Source of the DNA: an uncultured Oscillospiraceae bacterium
GTDB taxonomy: Bacteria; Bacillota; Clostridia; Oscillospirales; Ruminococcaceae
DNA: 64,000 nt
Reading direction: 5' to 3'
Assembly: GCA_910577365.1 (NCBI GenBank)
Contig: CAJTMU010000005.1
Span: 8,489 to 72,488 of the forward strand
Below the pieces are notes generated by a model. That model made no database searches, had not been told where the DNA came from, and saw only the letters and a list, made by a program, of their open reading frames with translations. Position numbers and translations under genes: made by a program. Positions 8,990 to 17,823 of this stretch are shown in pieces; within the stretch, counting starts at the first letter, position 1; the number at the start of each line of letters is the position of its first letter.

Positions 8990-11218
8990 ATGGACAGACG
9001 TGTTGTTGTGACCGGTCTGGGACTGGTGTGCGCCATAGGCGACAATACCGAAGCCTGCTGGAGCAGCGCGATAAACGGTGTGACGGGCATACGCGAGGTG
9101 ATCTCCGTCAATACCGAAAACTGCTATGCCAATAAAGGCGCGGAGGTACCGATAAAGTCCTCAGAGCTTTCGGGGGAAAACTATGACCGTTCCTCGCTGC
9201 TGTGCATAAAAGCGGCGGGAGAGGCTCTCGCAGACGCGGGATACGCCGTTACCAAGGAAAATTCTGATAGGATAGGCGTTATTATCGGCAATTGCGTGGG
9301 CGGCGCGGCAAGCATAGACAAATATTTTACCGACGAGATAAAAGGCAGCGGCGGCGACAGCTCCGACATACTGAAAATGCCCGCCTCGGCTATCGCCAAC
9401 AATGTGGCGAAGCACTTTGGGCTGAACGGCACGACCGCTAATATCGTGAACGCCTGCGCCGCGGGAACTATCAGTCTTTCCTACGCCTGCGACCTTATCC
9501 GCGCAGGTAAGGCGGACGCTTTTGCCGCGGGCGGCTCGGACAGCTTCTCATCGCTGGCGTTCGCGGGATTTCACGCGCTGCACGCTCTTGACGAGAACGC
9601 ATGCGCTCCGCTCAACCACAACAGCGGGATAACTCTCGGCGAAGGCGCGGGAATATTGATACTCGAAAGCTATGAGCACGCCAAAGCGCGCGGTGCAAAA
9701 ATATACTGCGACGTGCTGGGTTCGGGAGTAAGCTCCGACGCGCACCACATCACCGCGCCCCGCCCTGACGGACAGGGACAGATGCTCGCTACAACACGAG
9801 CGGTGAAAAAGTCGGGGCTGGATTTCAATGATATTGACTATGTGAACGCTCACGGCACGGGAACGGCGAAGAACGACGACGCGGAATTTCTTTCCGTTCA
9901 CACCCTTTTCGACGGTAACGACCATCTTTCCGTAAGCTCCACCAAATCCATGACGGGGCACTGTCTGGGCGCGGCGGGATCTATCGAAGCTGTGCTTACC
10001 GTCAAAGCGGTATGCGAGGATATTGTGCCTCCAACTATCGGCTACAATGATGAAGACCTTGTTCGTCTTAAGGAAAAGGCGGGCGCGATAGATTTCGTTC
10101 CAAACACGCGCCGCGAAAAGCCCGTAAACTATGCGGTGTCCAACTCTTTCGCGTTCGGCGGCAACAACGCGAGCATTGTGTTTGCGAAAAATCCCCATGA
10201 GATACCCGACCATACCAACAAGGACAGAATTTTTATTACGGGTATCGGAGAACTTCTCGGGGAGCCGCGCTGTGAAATCGAAGCGGACGACTACAAGGAG
10301 CACGGCATAAAAATGGCTTTCTGGCGCAAGCTGGACAGATTCTCGCAGCTTCAGCTCATAAGCGGCATGAGAGCGCTTTCGGACGCGAAAATCACCGTTA
10401 CCGACGATAACAGCGGCGATATTGGAATTATAATAGGAACTGCCGACGGTCCCATGACGGAAATAGTCAATTTCCAGAAGAACGTTATCGAAAACGGTAC
10501 GGCTAACGGCTCGGCGTTTTCTTTCCCGAATACCGTGTATAACGCGGCGGGCGGATATTTCAGCATTTTCGCGGGAATAAAGGGCTACAACGCCACCAAC
10601 GCGAACGGCGTACAGGCGGGCTTGCAGAGCCTTTGCTACGCCGCCGATGTTATCAGGAACGGTGACGAGAGCATAATGGTAGCTTCGGGCACGGACGAAA
10701 ACACCGACGTTACCGAATATCTTTACGGCAAGCTGGGGCTGGTTCACGGAAAGCTGAGAGAGGGTCTGGGCGAGGGTTCAGTTTCCCTTATTCTGGAGAA
10801 CGAGAACAGCGCGAACGCGCGCGGCGCGAAAAAATACGCGGAGCTTGCGGGTTGGGCTTCGGCACACAAGTCGGTTGAATTCGGCACGCTGAAAGGCTCG
10901 GAGAGCGCTCTCAAAGCGGCTGTTGAAGAAGCATGCAAAGCCGCGGGGATAACGCCCGCGGACGTTGAGCTGATATGCGGATTTGCCGACGGAAACGAAA
11001 CCGTTGACAGTATAGAAAAGAATATGTGCGCAGAAATGTTCGGCAATATCACCCCAATTCAGCTAAAGCACTGTATAGGAGAATCAAGAGCGGCGGCAAG
11101 CGCGGAGCAGGCGGCATACGCGGCAAAGCTGATAGCCGACGGCAAATACAATTGCGTTCTGGCGGCTTCATTCGGTGTGGGCGGCTCATATTCGGCTGTG
11201 GTGCTGAAAAGCGTATAA
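8990..11218 (+). CDS. Beta-ketoacyl-ACP synthase fused to a second degenerate KS-like (chain-length-factor-like) domain
   Basis: N-half has NACAAG, NAHGTGT, KSMTGHCLGAAG, NSFAFGGNN; C-half is KS-like (RKLDRFS, FPNTVYNAAGG) but lacks the catalytic Cys. Confidence 0.85.
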   Translation: MDRRVVVTGLGLVCAIGDNTEACWSSAINGVTGIREVISVNTENCYANKGAEVPIKSSELSGENYDRSSLLCIKAAGEALADAGYAVTKENSDRIGVIIGNCVGGAASIDKYFTDEIKGSGGDSSDILKMPASAIANNVAKHFGLNGTTANIVNACAAGTISLSYACDLIRAGKADAFAAGGSDSFSSLAFAGFHALHALDENACAPLNHNSGITLGEGAGILILESYEHAKARGAKIYCDVLGSGVSSDAHHITAPRPDGQGQMLATTRAVKKSGLDFNDIDYVNAHGTGTAKNDDAEFLSVHTLFDGNDHLSVSSTKSMTGHCLGAAGSIEAVLTVKAVCEDIVPPTIGYNDEDLVRLKEKAGAIDFVPNTRREKPVNYAVSNSFAFGGNNASIVFAKNPHEIPDHTNKDRIFITGIGELLGEPRCEIEADDYKEHGIKMAFWRKLDRFSQLQLISGMRALSDAKITVTDDNSGDIGIIIGTADGPMTEIVNFQKNVIENGTANGSAFSFPNTVYNAAGGYFSIFAGIKGYNATNANGVQAGLQSLCYAADVIRNGDESIMVASGTDENTDVTEYLYGKLGLVHGKLREGLGEGSVSLILENENSANARGAKKYAELAGWASAHKSVEFGTLKGSESALKAAVEEACKAAGITPADVELICGFADGNETVDSIEKNMCAEMFGNITPIQLKHCIGESRAAASAEQAAYAAKLIADGKYNCVLAASFGVGGSYSAVVLKSV

Positions 11219-11285
11219 GGCTTGGGTCTAACATAACCCCCAACGCATAACATCACTAATTAAAAATAGCGAGGATAAAAAAGCG

Positions 11286-11669
11286 ATGAATAAGCAAGAA
11301 GCGGAGCAATTAGCGACGCCGGTTGTAAAAGAGATCGTAAACTGTATATCCGAAAGACGCTATTCGGATATTGAAAAGTATGCCGAATTTGAAAGCATAT
11401 CCTTGTCCGATTTTACGGAACTGATTGAGGGCTTTTTGGAGATCAACGAGCTGCCTTATATAGATCGGTTTGAGGTTCCGTGTACCTTTAATCCTCAGTA
11501 TGAATATCATCAGCTTTCCTGTATCGTATACAGCGACGGACGCGGCTTTCATGCGGATTATGATTTGACAACGGATGGGGAATTAAATGACCTGACCTTG
11601 AATATGGAGTTTCTGTTTATAGAATCGGGAGCGCTTGCCGTCAAGATTTCAGACGCGCATGTAATGTGA
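11286..11669 (+). CDS. Hypothetical acidic protein
   Basis: 127-aa ORF with GAGG RBS, between the KS and FabG genes; no family recognised. Confidence 0.65.
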   Translation: MNKQEAEQLATPVVKEIVNCISERRYSDIEKYAEFESISLSDFTELIEGFLEINELPYIDRFEVPCTFNPQYEYHQLSCIVYSDGRGFHADYDLTTDGELNDLTLNMEFLFIESGALAVKISDAHVM

Positions 11670-11831
11670 GAAATCAGAAATTTTCAGTCAGATGTACTTG
11701 ACGGTTAACCGACCGCCTGAATATTATGATAAAGAATCCGGACAACCGTATATCAACGGCAAAAAGGATTATAAAGAGGCTCTTACGCAAAACTCGCAGA
11801 ATTTTTGGATATATAAATACAGAGGTGTGAT

Positions 11832-12560
11832 ATGGTAGCATTGGTAACGGGCGCTTCCAGAGGTATAGGCAGAGCCTGCGCGGTAAAGCTTGCCGAGCGC
11901 GGCTACGACGTGGCGGTAAACTATAACTCCAACGAGGCGAAAGCGGCGGAAGTCGTTGCGGAAATAGAGAAACTCGGCGTGAAAGCCGCCGCGTTCAAAG
12001 CGGACACCGCCGATCTCAAAGCGGTTCAGAACATGTTCCGCGAGGTGCAGAAAACTTTCGGGCAGCTCGATGTGCTGGTCAACAATGCGGGAGTTGTGGA
12101 CGATGCCTATCTTCTGATGATAAACGAGGATTCGCTGTCAAAAAGTCTTGATATCAATATCAAGGGTTATTTCCACTGTGCGCAGCAGGCGGCGCTGAAA
12201 ATGATGAGCAAAAAATCGGGAAAGATAATCAATATATCGTCGGTAAGCTCGGTGCTTGCCGTGGAGGGTCAGGGGGTATATTCCGCGACAAAGGGCGCAG
12301 TGAACTCTATGACCGCCACACTCGCCAAGGAGCTTGCGCCAAGGGGAATACAGGTAAACGCGGTTGCGCCTGGATTTATAGCCACCGAAATGATGGACGC
12401 TATACCTGAGGAAAAAAAGCAGGAATACCTTAAGGCGATACCGATGAACAGATTCGGGAGCGCGGAGGACGTGGCAAACACGGTCGCGGCGCTGTGTTCC
12501 GAGGCGTTCGGCTATATGACGGGACAGGTGATCGTGCTTGACGGGGGGCTTAGTTTATGA
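11832..12560 (+). CDS. fabG: 3-oxoacyl-ACP reductase (SDR)
   Basis: TGASRGIG, NNAG, YSATK, VAPGFIAT. Confidence 0.88.
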   Translation: MVALVTGASRGIGRACAVKLAERGYDVAVNYNSNEAKAAEVVAEIEKLGVKAAAFKADTADLKAVQNMFREVQKTFGQLDVLVNNAGVVDDAYLLMINEDSLSKSLDINIKGYFHCAQQAALKMMSKKSGKIINISSVSSVLAVEGQGVYSATKGAVNSMTATLAKELAPRGIQVNAVAPGFIATEMMDAIPEEKKQEYLKAIPMNRFGSAEDVANTVAALCSEAFGYMTGQVIVLDGGLSL

Positions 12561-13003
12561 TGGATCTTATGGAGATAAACGCCCGCATAAAACAGCGCCC
12601 GCCGTTTCAGATGATAGAGCGGGTAACGGAGCTTGAACCGAACATTTCCGCCAAAGGCATAAAAAACGTTTCGGTGAACGAGCCGTATTTTATGGGGCAT
12701 TTTCCCGACGCACCCATTATGCCGGGGGTGCTTATTATTGAGTGCGCCGCGCAGCTTTGCAGTCTTGTCATCGCGCCCGAAAAAGCGGAGGTGGACAAGC
12801 TGTATGTTCTGCTTAAGGTCAAAGACTTTAAATTTCTTAAGCCCGTAATACCCGGGGACACGCTTACGATAGAGGTCAAGTGCACTCTCGCGAGCGCGGC
12901 GGCTTATGAATTTTCGGCGGTGATCTCCGTGGACGGAACAGTCAAAGCAAAGGGCAGCATGCTGTTCACCTCAATGGAAAAAAATGCGGTTTATAAGTCT
13001 TGA
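12557..13003 (+). CDS. fabZ: 3-hydroxyacyl-ACP dehydratase
   Basis: RPPFQMIERV, NEPYFMGHFP..PIMPGVLIIE. Confidence 0.9.
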   Translation: MMDLMEINARIKQRPPFQMIERVTELEPNISAKGIKNVSVNEPYFMGHFPDAPIMPGVLIIECAAQLCSLVIAPEKAEVDKLYVLLKVKDFKFLKPVIPGDTLTIEVKCTLASAAAYEFSAVISVDGTVKAKGSMLFTSMEKNAVYKS

Positions 13004-13111
13004 TATTATGTTATTATTTGCGGAAACAATTATAACATTGTAATGCCGCGCAGAGCTGTTTTATAACTGTTAAGACAGATTCTGAGATTTGGAGAAATCG
13101 GAGAAGACGGA

Positions 13112-13627
13112 ATGATTATACTTATAGCGGGAGCGTCGCATACGGGAAAAACCGCTTTGGCTCAGAAGCTTCTGGTGAAATACGGTTATCCATACCTCTC
13201 AATTGACCACCTGAAGATGGGTTTGATACGAAGCGGCAGCACGGAACTTACTCCCACAAGCAATGAAAAGGCGCTTACCGATTATTTGTGGCCGATAGTA
13301 AGAGAAATGATAAAAACAGCGATTGAAAATCGGCAGAATCTTATAATAGAAGGCTGCTATATCCCGTTTGACTGGGCGAAAAGCTTTGGGGCAGAATATC
13401 TTAATCACATTAAATACCGCTGTCTGGTCATGAGTAAGTCATACATACAGCATCACTATCATGATATAAAAAAGTACGCCAATACGATAGAGGAAAGACT
13501 TGACGACTCGGAATGCACGATGGATTCACTGATACGTGATAACGCGGAGGTGCTGAAAATGTGCCAAAAATACGGCGCGGATTATCTCCTGATAGACAAC
13601 GATTATCAAGTAGATATGGATATTTAA
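13112..13627 (+). CDS. P-loop kinase-like protein
   Basis: N-terminal GASHTGKT; SIDHLKMGLIRSG. Confidence 0.75.
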   Translation: MIILIAGASHTGKTALAQKLLVKYGYPYLSIDHLKMGLIRSGSTELTPTSNEKALTDYLWPIVREMIKTAIENRQNLIIEGCYIPFDWAKSFGAEYLNHIKYRCLVMSKSYIQHHYHDIKKYANTIEERLDDSECTMDSLIRDNAEVLKMCQKYGADYLLIDNDYQVDMDI

Positions 13628-13715
13628 AGAAACTTGGATAACACATTCGTCCCACCCAAACGCGTGAACTTATAGATCTGATAGAGTTACACCTTGCTTT
13701 ATCTGTTTGATAAAT

Positions 13716-14222
13716 ATGGCAAAATATCCGAAAAACCGGTCGGCGACATCAAAAAGAAAAAGGAGCGGTCATAACGTGAAAACGGATTTTTCCGCCTGCA
13801 TTTTAACGCGTGAGGCGGCTTTGCGAGACAGGCTTGTAGACATTTCGGGAGCTTATTCGCCAGAAAGCGACTGCTTTGCCGTCCTTGCCGAAAAAACGGG
13901 AAGAGAGTTTCAAGTGACCGCATGCGGACTGCTGCTTCTGGATAGTTTACTTATAAAGCATAAAATAAACCGTTCCGAGCTTATTATAGTCGGCGGCACG
14001 GCTCCACGCATAATCAACCGCTCCGATATCAGCTTTGATATTGCTGCGGAGGAAAGCTGCGTCATGTGCTGCCTTTCATTGGGCGAGGGCGCGAAAGCAG
14101 GCTGCCGCATAAGCCGCAGCAGTGTGACCGTTTCCGAAAGCTGCCTTGATATGGGGACAATAACCGCCTGCGGAACAAAATACTTTTACAGTATAGACGG
14201 GCAGGAGAGAAATACGCCCTGA
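13716..14222 (+). CDS. Hypothetical protein
   Basis: Open frame in operon orientation; start uncertain; no motif recognised. Confidence 0.45.
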   Translation: MAKYPKNRSATSKRKRSGHNVKTDFSACILTREAALRDRLVDISGAYSPESDCFAVLAEKTGREFQVTACGLLLLDSLLIKHKINRSELIIVGGTAPRIINRSDISFDIAAEESCVMCCLSLGEGAKAGCRISRSSVTVSESCLDMGTITACGTKYFYSIDGQERNTP

Positions 14223-14309
14223 CGAAAACGCATAAGGCTGTACGCCATCCGAAATTTTATTCAACAATTAAGGAGTGAACTCCCCGTACGGGAGCGGAGT
14301 GTGATTAAC

Positions 14310-15023
14310 ATGAAAATTCTGGTACTGAACGGAAGTCCCAAAAACGACAGAAGCAACACCCTTAACATAACAAAAGCTTTTCTGGCGGGATTTCCCGCGG
14401 ACTGCAGCATAGAGTACGTATCGCTTTACAAGCTGAACATTAAGCCTTGCGTGGGCTGTTTTTCCTGTTGGAGCAAAACTCAGGGGCAATGCGTGATAAA
14501 GGATGATATGCAGGAGCTTTACGAGAAAATCAGGGCGGCGGATATCATTATAGAAAGCTTCCCGCTTTACTTTTTCGGTATGCCCTCTCAGCTTAAGGCA
14601 ATGACAGACCGCTGTCTGCCCTTTATGCTGCCGTATATGGGCAATCTGGTCGAAGATAAAAACGCATCTTTTCATGAATTGCGGGACGAAAGCATGCACG
14701 AAAAGCGTCTGGTGGTGATAACCACCTGCGGATATGTCGATGCCGCGCCCATGTATCCTGCCCTGCTGAAGGAATACGACCTTATCTGCGGCGAGGGACA
14801 CTACACCGCTATCCTTTGCCCAGAGGGAGAGCTTTTTATAGCGGAAAAAGCTAAGCGCCAGCGTGAGGGATATCTCGCGGATATAACCAAGGCAGGTACT
14901 GAATTTGCGGAAAACCTGTGCCTGAGTGAAGAAACCAAGAAGCGCATAGCGCGCCCAATTCTTTCGCCGCAGGGATTTGAAGCGATAACACTGGCTCACT
15001 GGCAAATGAAATCGGAAAGCTGA
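14310..15023 (+). CDS. Flavodoxin-like / NADPH-dependent FMN reductase (iron-sulfur flavoprotein family)
   Basis: LNGSPK, CVGCFSCW..GQC, PLYFFGMPSQLKAMTDR. Confidence 0.85.
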   Translation: MKILVLNGSPKNDRSNTLNITKAFLAGFPADCSIEYVSLYKLNIKPCVGCFSCWSKTQGQCVIKDDMQELYEKIRAADIIIESFPLYFFGMPSQLKAMTDRCLPFMLPYMGNLVEDKNASFHELRDESMHEKRLVVITTCGYVDAAPMYPALLKEYDLICGEGHYTAILCPEGELFIAEKAKRQREGYLADITKAGTEFAENLCLSEETKKRIARPILSPQGFEAITLAHWQMKSES

Positions 15024-15227
15024 CAATTGAAAGCAAAACGGGAAGCCGCAAATGGTTTCCCGCTATTTTAATAAATTATAATTTAAAGCAGTAAACCGCC
15101 ATAACATAAATCTTCCGCACAACAACAACTTACAAAGCAAATCGTTGCTGTGCGGGAATATTTTTATAATTGTTGGCTTCGAGTCAACATAGCATAAAAT
15201 AATTGAAGCAGACTATCAACCAACATA

Positions 15228-16697
15228 TCACACAACCGCCGAATAGCGTTCACTGTTCACCACGTTTTCCATTATGCACTCAGGGGATAGCTCACCACAA
15301 AGAGCCATGTCAAATAAAGCGGGAGTGCAGCCTGAAACCAGCGCCGCGCCCGTCTGCGACATGCTTATGGGAATATTGCCTTCCTTGGCGCGGCTGTTGA
15401 CATTCCAGAAAATTATATCTGGCAGCTTGTAGCCGTAACGGGCAAATCTGCGCTTCATAGCTTCAAATACCGTCAGCTTGTTTCCACCCTCAACGCAGAA
15501 ATCAAATTCCATGTCCGAAATTATGTATATTCTTTCGGGCAGCTCCGACTGCTTCGCCCTGTTATGCACCGCCGCTGAAAGTATAAGCTCAAAAACAGCC
15601 TCAATATTTGTATTGGAAATTTCGTTGAATGTAGAGCAGAAGCGCGCCTTTTCTGCGATATTGCTGCCCTTTATTTCAACAAGCCGTGGGGTGTGCGAGA
15701 ATGTGATAAAATGATTTGCAAATGCTCCCATGTTATGCTCCGCAAAGTAAATTCCCAGTGACAGCGCTACGTCAATGGGACGGACGTTCCCGCCTGCCGC
15801 GTAGCTCATAGAGCCTGAACCGTCAATCACCGCAATTGAATTGCCATTCTTGCCGTATACCGGAAGATTTTTCCACGTTACGTCCAGCGAAAGAGTCTGC
15901 TCTTCGGACATACCGCGTTCAAGACAGCGACGGATTATCTCATAGGGGTACAGCGTAACTGTATTTATCTTTGCCTCGCCGCCGCTCACCCTGTTAAGAT
16001 ATTCCATGTAGCGCTCCTCGTCGTTACGCAGGAAAGCCTTGCGGTATTTGAACATCGCGCAGGATGGCTGCTTTTCATAGTCAAATGTGTAATCGCATAC
16101 CCTGAGTCGATTTTCCAGTATGTCGGAATATCTGCGGAGCTTGGAGAGAACCTTGCGGTATCCCTTTTCGGTGTATCCCAGTTTTTTTGCCAGATATCTG
16201 CCCTTTGCGCGGCTATCTGCCGAAGATGTGTTTACAGAAGGGAGCCATTTCGCGAGAAGTGAAACTTTTTCCTCCCGCTCCATTGCCGCGATATCCGCAT
16301 TAAGCTGTGCAGCTATCTCACTAACCGCCGCTTTTTCAGCGGAAGTGCCAAGCAGCTCCGTAAGATCGTCATATCTGCCATACTCCGCGAAAAAGGGTAT
16401 GTTCCTCTCCACCGCCGCGGGTGCAAAATCCGCAAGAGCCTTTACCGCGGCTCTGAAAAATCTGCGCTCCCCCAGACCGCCGCGAACGTCGCGAGCAAAA
16501 AAGATTATTTTCATGGCCTTTTCGGGGTCCTCCGCGTAGGCGCGGGTAACCGCTGCCGCTATATCGTCCTGCGACGCATTGCGCATAGCACCTGCTCCGA
16601 AAAACAAGTCAAGGCAGTATGAGCCGCTTGTTCGGTTTGTGACCGCTCCGTTTTCGGTATATGTTATATTGCTTTCTCTTTTCAGCTTCTCAAGCAT
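15228..16697 (-). CDS. DUF2828 family protein (TROVE-like helical region plus C-terminal vWA domain)
   Basis: TENGA...CLDLFF, ARDVRGGLGERRFFR, YGRYDDL, LAKWLPS; vWA MIDAS DGSGSM...ISDMEFD...IFWNV. Confidence 0.85.
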   Translation of the reverse strand: MLEKLKRESNITYTENGAVTNRTSGSYCLDLFFGAGAMRNASQDDIAAAVTRAYAEDPEKAMKIIFFARDVRGGLGERRFFRAAVKALADFAPAAVERNIPFFAEYGRYDDLTELLGTSAEKAAVSEIAAQLNADIAAMEREEKVSLLAKWLPSVNTSSADSRAKGRYLAKKLGYTEKGYRKVLSKLRRYSDILENRLRVCDYTFDYEKQPSCAMFKYRKAFLRNDEERYMEYLNRVSGGEAKINTVTLYPYEIIRRCLERGMSEEQTLSLDVTWKNLPVYGKNGNSIAVIDGSGSMSYAAGGNVRPIDVALSLGIYFAEHNMGAFANHFITFSHTPRLVEIKGSNIAEKARFCSTFNEISNTNIEAVFELILSAAVHNRAKQSELPERIYIISDMEFDFCVEGGNKLTVFEAMKRRFARYGYKLPDIIFWNVNSRAKEGNIPISMSQTGAALVSGCTPALFDMALCGELSPECIMENVVNSERYSAVV

Positions 16698-16777
16698 ATC
16701 TGTACTCCTTATTAAAAAAATTCAAAACTTTTATATGCACGCGTGCACGCGCCGTTCTCACTAAGGTGCTATTTCAC

Positions 16778-16858
16778 GACCGCATTTTCCGCAAGAGATT
16801 GCTCCCAAGGGGCAGGATTTGAACCCACAATTACCAATAAATTTATGCTGTTGCGGTC
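16778..16858 (-). ncRNA. Array unit E: stem-closed ncRNA with a T-arm-like element
   Basis: GACCGCA-ACAGCATA...GTGGG TTCAAAT CCTGC...TGCGGTC; ends form a 7-bp stem. Confidence 0.65.
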
Positions 16859-17015
16859 ATTCTTTGTCGCAAACCAGCGATTCTCCCGGCACAATCTTAA
16901 CTAAACAGAGATTTTCAGTCATCTGCCCAACTTTTGTTGTAAATACCAATTATCTGTTTTATATCACTTAGGGAATTTCCCCCAATGGTATTTACAATTT
17001 TCAGCGTGCTTTCTC

Positions 17016-17105
17016 GGCTCATTTTTCGATGCTCTGCCACTGAGCTACGGATATATCCGGCGGGGATCGAACCCGCGACAATCTGCTTTTTATGCTGTAA
17101 GAGCC
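17016..17105 (-). ncRNA. Array unit D: YrlA-like RNA with a circularly permuted tRNA-like domain
   Basis: GGCTC-TTACAGCATA...GAT TGTC GCGGG TTCGATC CCCGC CGGA TATA TCCG TA GCTC AGTGGCA GAGC ATC...GAGCC (T arm, loop-closed acceptor stem, D arm). Confidence 0.8.
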
Positions 17106-17119
17106 AACGCGACTTTTTC

Positions 17120-17191
17120 AAGGCTCATATTCCATAAGCGGCACCCTGTTTGGGCACTCCGCGTCCCAAGGATATATGCTGTCAGAGCCTT
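17120..17191 (-). ncRNA. Array unit C: stem-closed ncRNA
   Basis: AAGGCTC-TGACAGCATA...GCGGAGTGCCC AAACA GGGTGCCGC...GAGCCTT. Confidence 0.65.
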
Positions 17192-17228
17192 TCACGATTT
17201 AAAAGCCGCTTTAGCTTCCTGACTTCTC

Positions 17229-17283
17229 AAGACCCTTCAATTCATTTTGAGATGAAAGTAAAACATACTGCGGTATAGGTCTT
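17229..17283 (-). ncRNA. Array unit B: minimal stem-closed ncRNA (variant motif)
   Basis: AAGACC-TATACCGCAGTA...TTCAT CTCAAA ATGAA...GGTCTT. Confidence 0.5.
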
Positions 17284-17286
17284 AAC

Positions 17287-17359
17287 AAGGCTCGTGGATA
17301 ATACGGCGTCCTTGCGGGCAGCTCCGTCGGGTAGATATCGTTTATGCTGTCAGAGCCTT
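17287..17359 (-). ncRNA. Array unit A: stem-closed ncRNA
   Basis: AAGGCTC-TGACAGCATA...ACGGAGCTGCCC GCAA GGACGCCGT...GAGCCTT; first 17 nt identical to unit C. Confidence 0.65.
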
Positions 17360-17363
17360 AATT

Positions 17364-17807
17364 TTAATCATGATAGCTCAGCGCCACCGCAAGCTTCGGG
17401 TCTATGTACGCATAGCCCTCGTGGGTAGTGGTGTAGAACAGCGCCGCTCCGCCGCCGTCGAGAAAGGCTACGTCGTCAAGCCCGAAGTCGGTAACTTCAA
17501 AAGGCGCGTTTTTGTCGGGAGTACTGCGGAAAAAGCCGTCGTATTTCCTCAGGTGTTCAAAAAACGTCCCGTCCGCACGTATCGTATATTTCAGTGAACC
17601 GCGCCCGCCCTGTATCGTGCCGTGCCATCGATTGACACGTTCCTTTTTTATAAGAAACGGCGTTGCCTCCTTTATAAGCTCCTCGTCACCGCCGCATATC
17701 CTCACTATCTCTATAACGCGCGTCCTTTTTTCGAGAGCGTCCAGCAGCTCCAGATGCTGCCGGTGTGAAACGAGCCATAACTCAATCAATTTCGTTTCAG
17801 CTTTCAT
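17364..17807 (-). CDS. Hypothetical protein in the rtcB operon
   Basis: Follows rtcB with an AGGAG RBS; the second ATG (17807) fits the spacing better than 17816. Confidence 0.7.
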   Translation of the reverse strand: MKAETKLIELWLVSHRQHLELLDALEKRTRVIEIVRICGGDEELIKEATPFLIKKERVNRWHGTIQGGRGSLKYTIRADGTFFEHLRKYDGFFRSTPDKNAPFEVTDFGLDDVAFLDGGGAALFYTTTHEGYAYIDPKLAVALSYHD

Positions 17808-17823
17808 TACACCCATCTCCCTC

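Noticed and set aside
9548..10747. Long antisense ORFs (also 51868-53103, 60503-61501, 40863-41714)
   Set aside because: They lie opposite well-supported genes and are typical codon-bias shadows.
15113..15158. Sixth array unit downstream of DUF2828 (contains CCGCACAGCAA on the minus strand)
   Set aside because: The motif is fully paired within a simple hairpin between convergent genes, so a terminator is the simpler explanation; not fully excluded.
17016..17105. Canonical tRNA gene
   Set aside because: The T arm precedes the D arm, the acceptor stem is loop-closed, and there is no anticodon loop or CCA; treated as a tRNA mimic instead.
16915..17121. 68-aa ORF on the minus strand
   Set aside because: It overlaps the tRNA-like unit, has no good RBS and shows no protein-like features.
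16778..17359. CRISPR array
   Set aside because: Repeats are short and non-identical with irregular spacing, each unit's ends pair with each other, and there are no cas genes.
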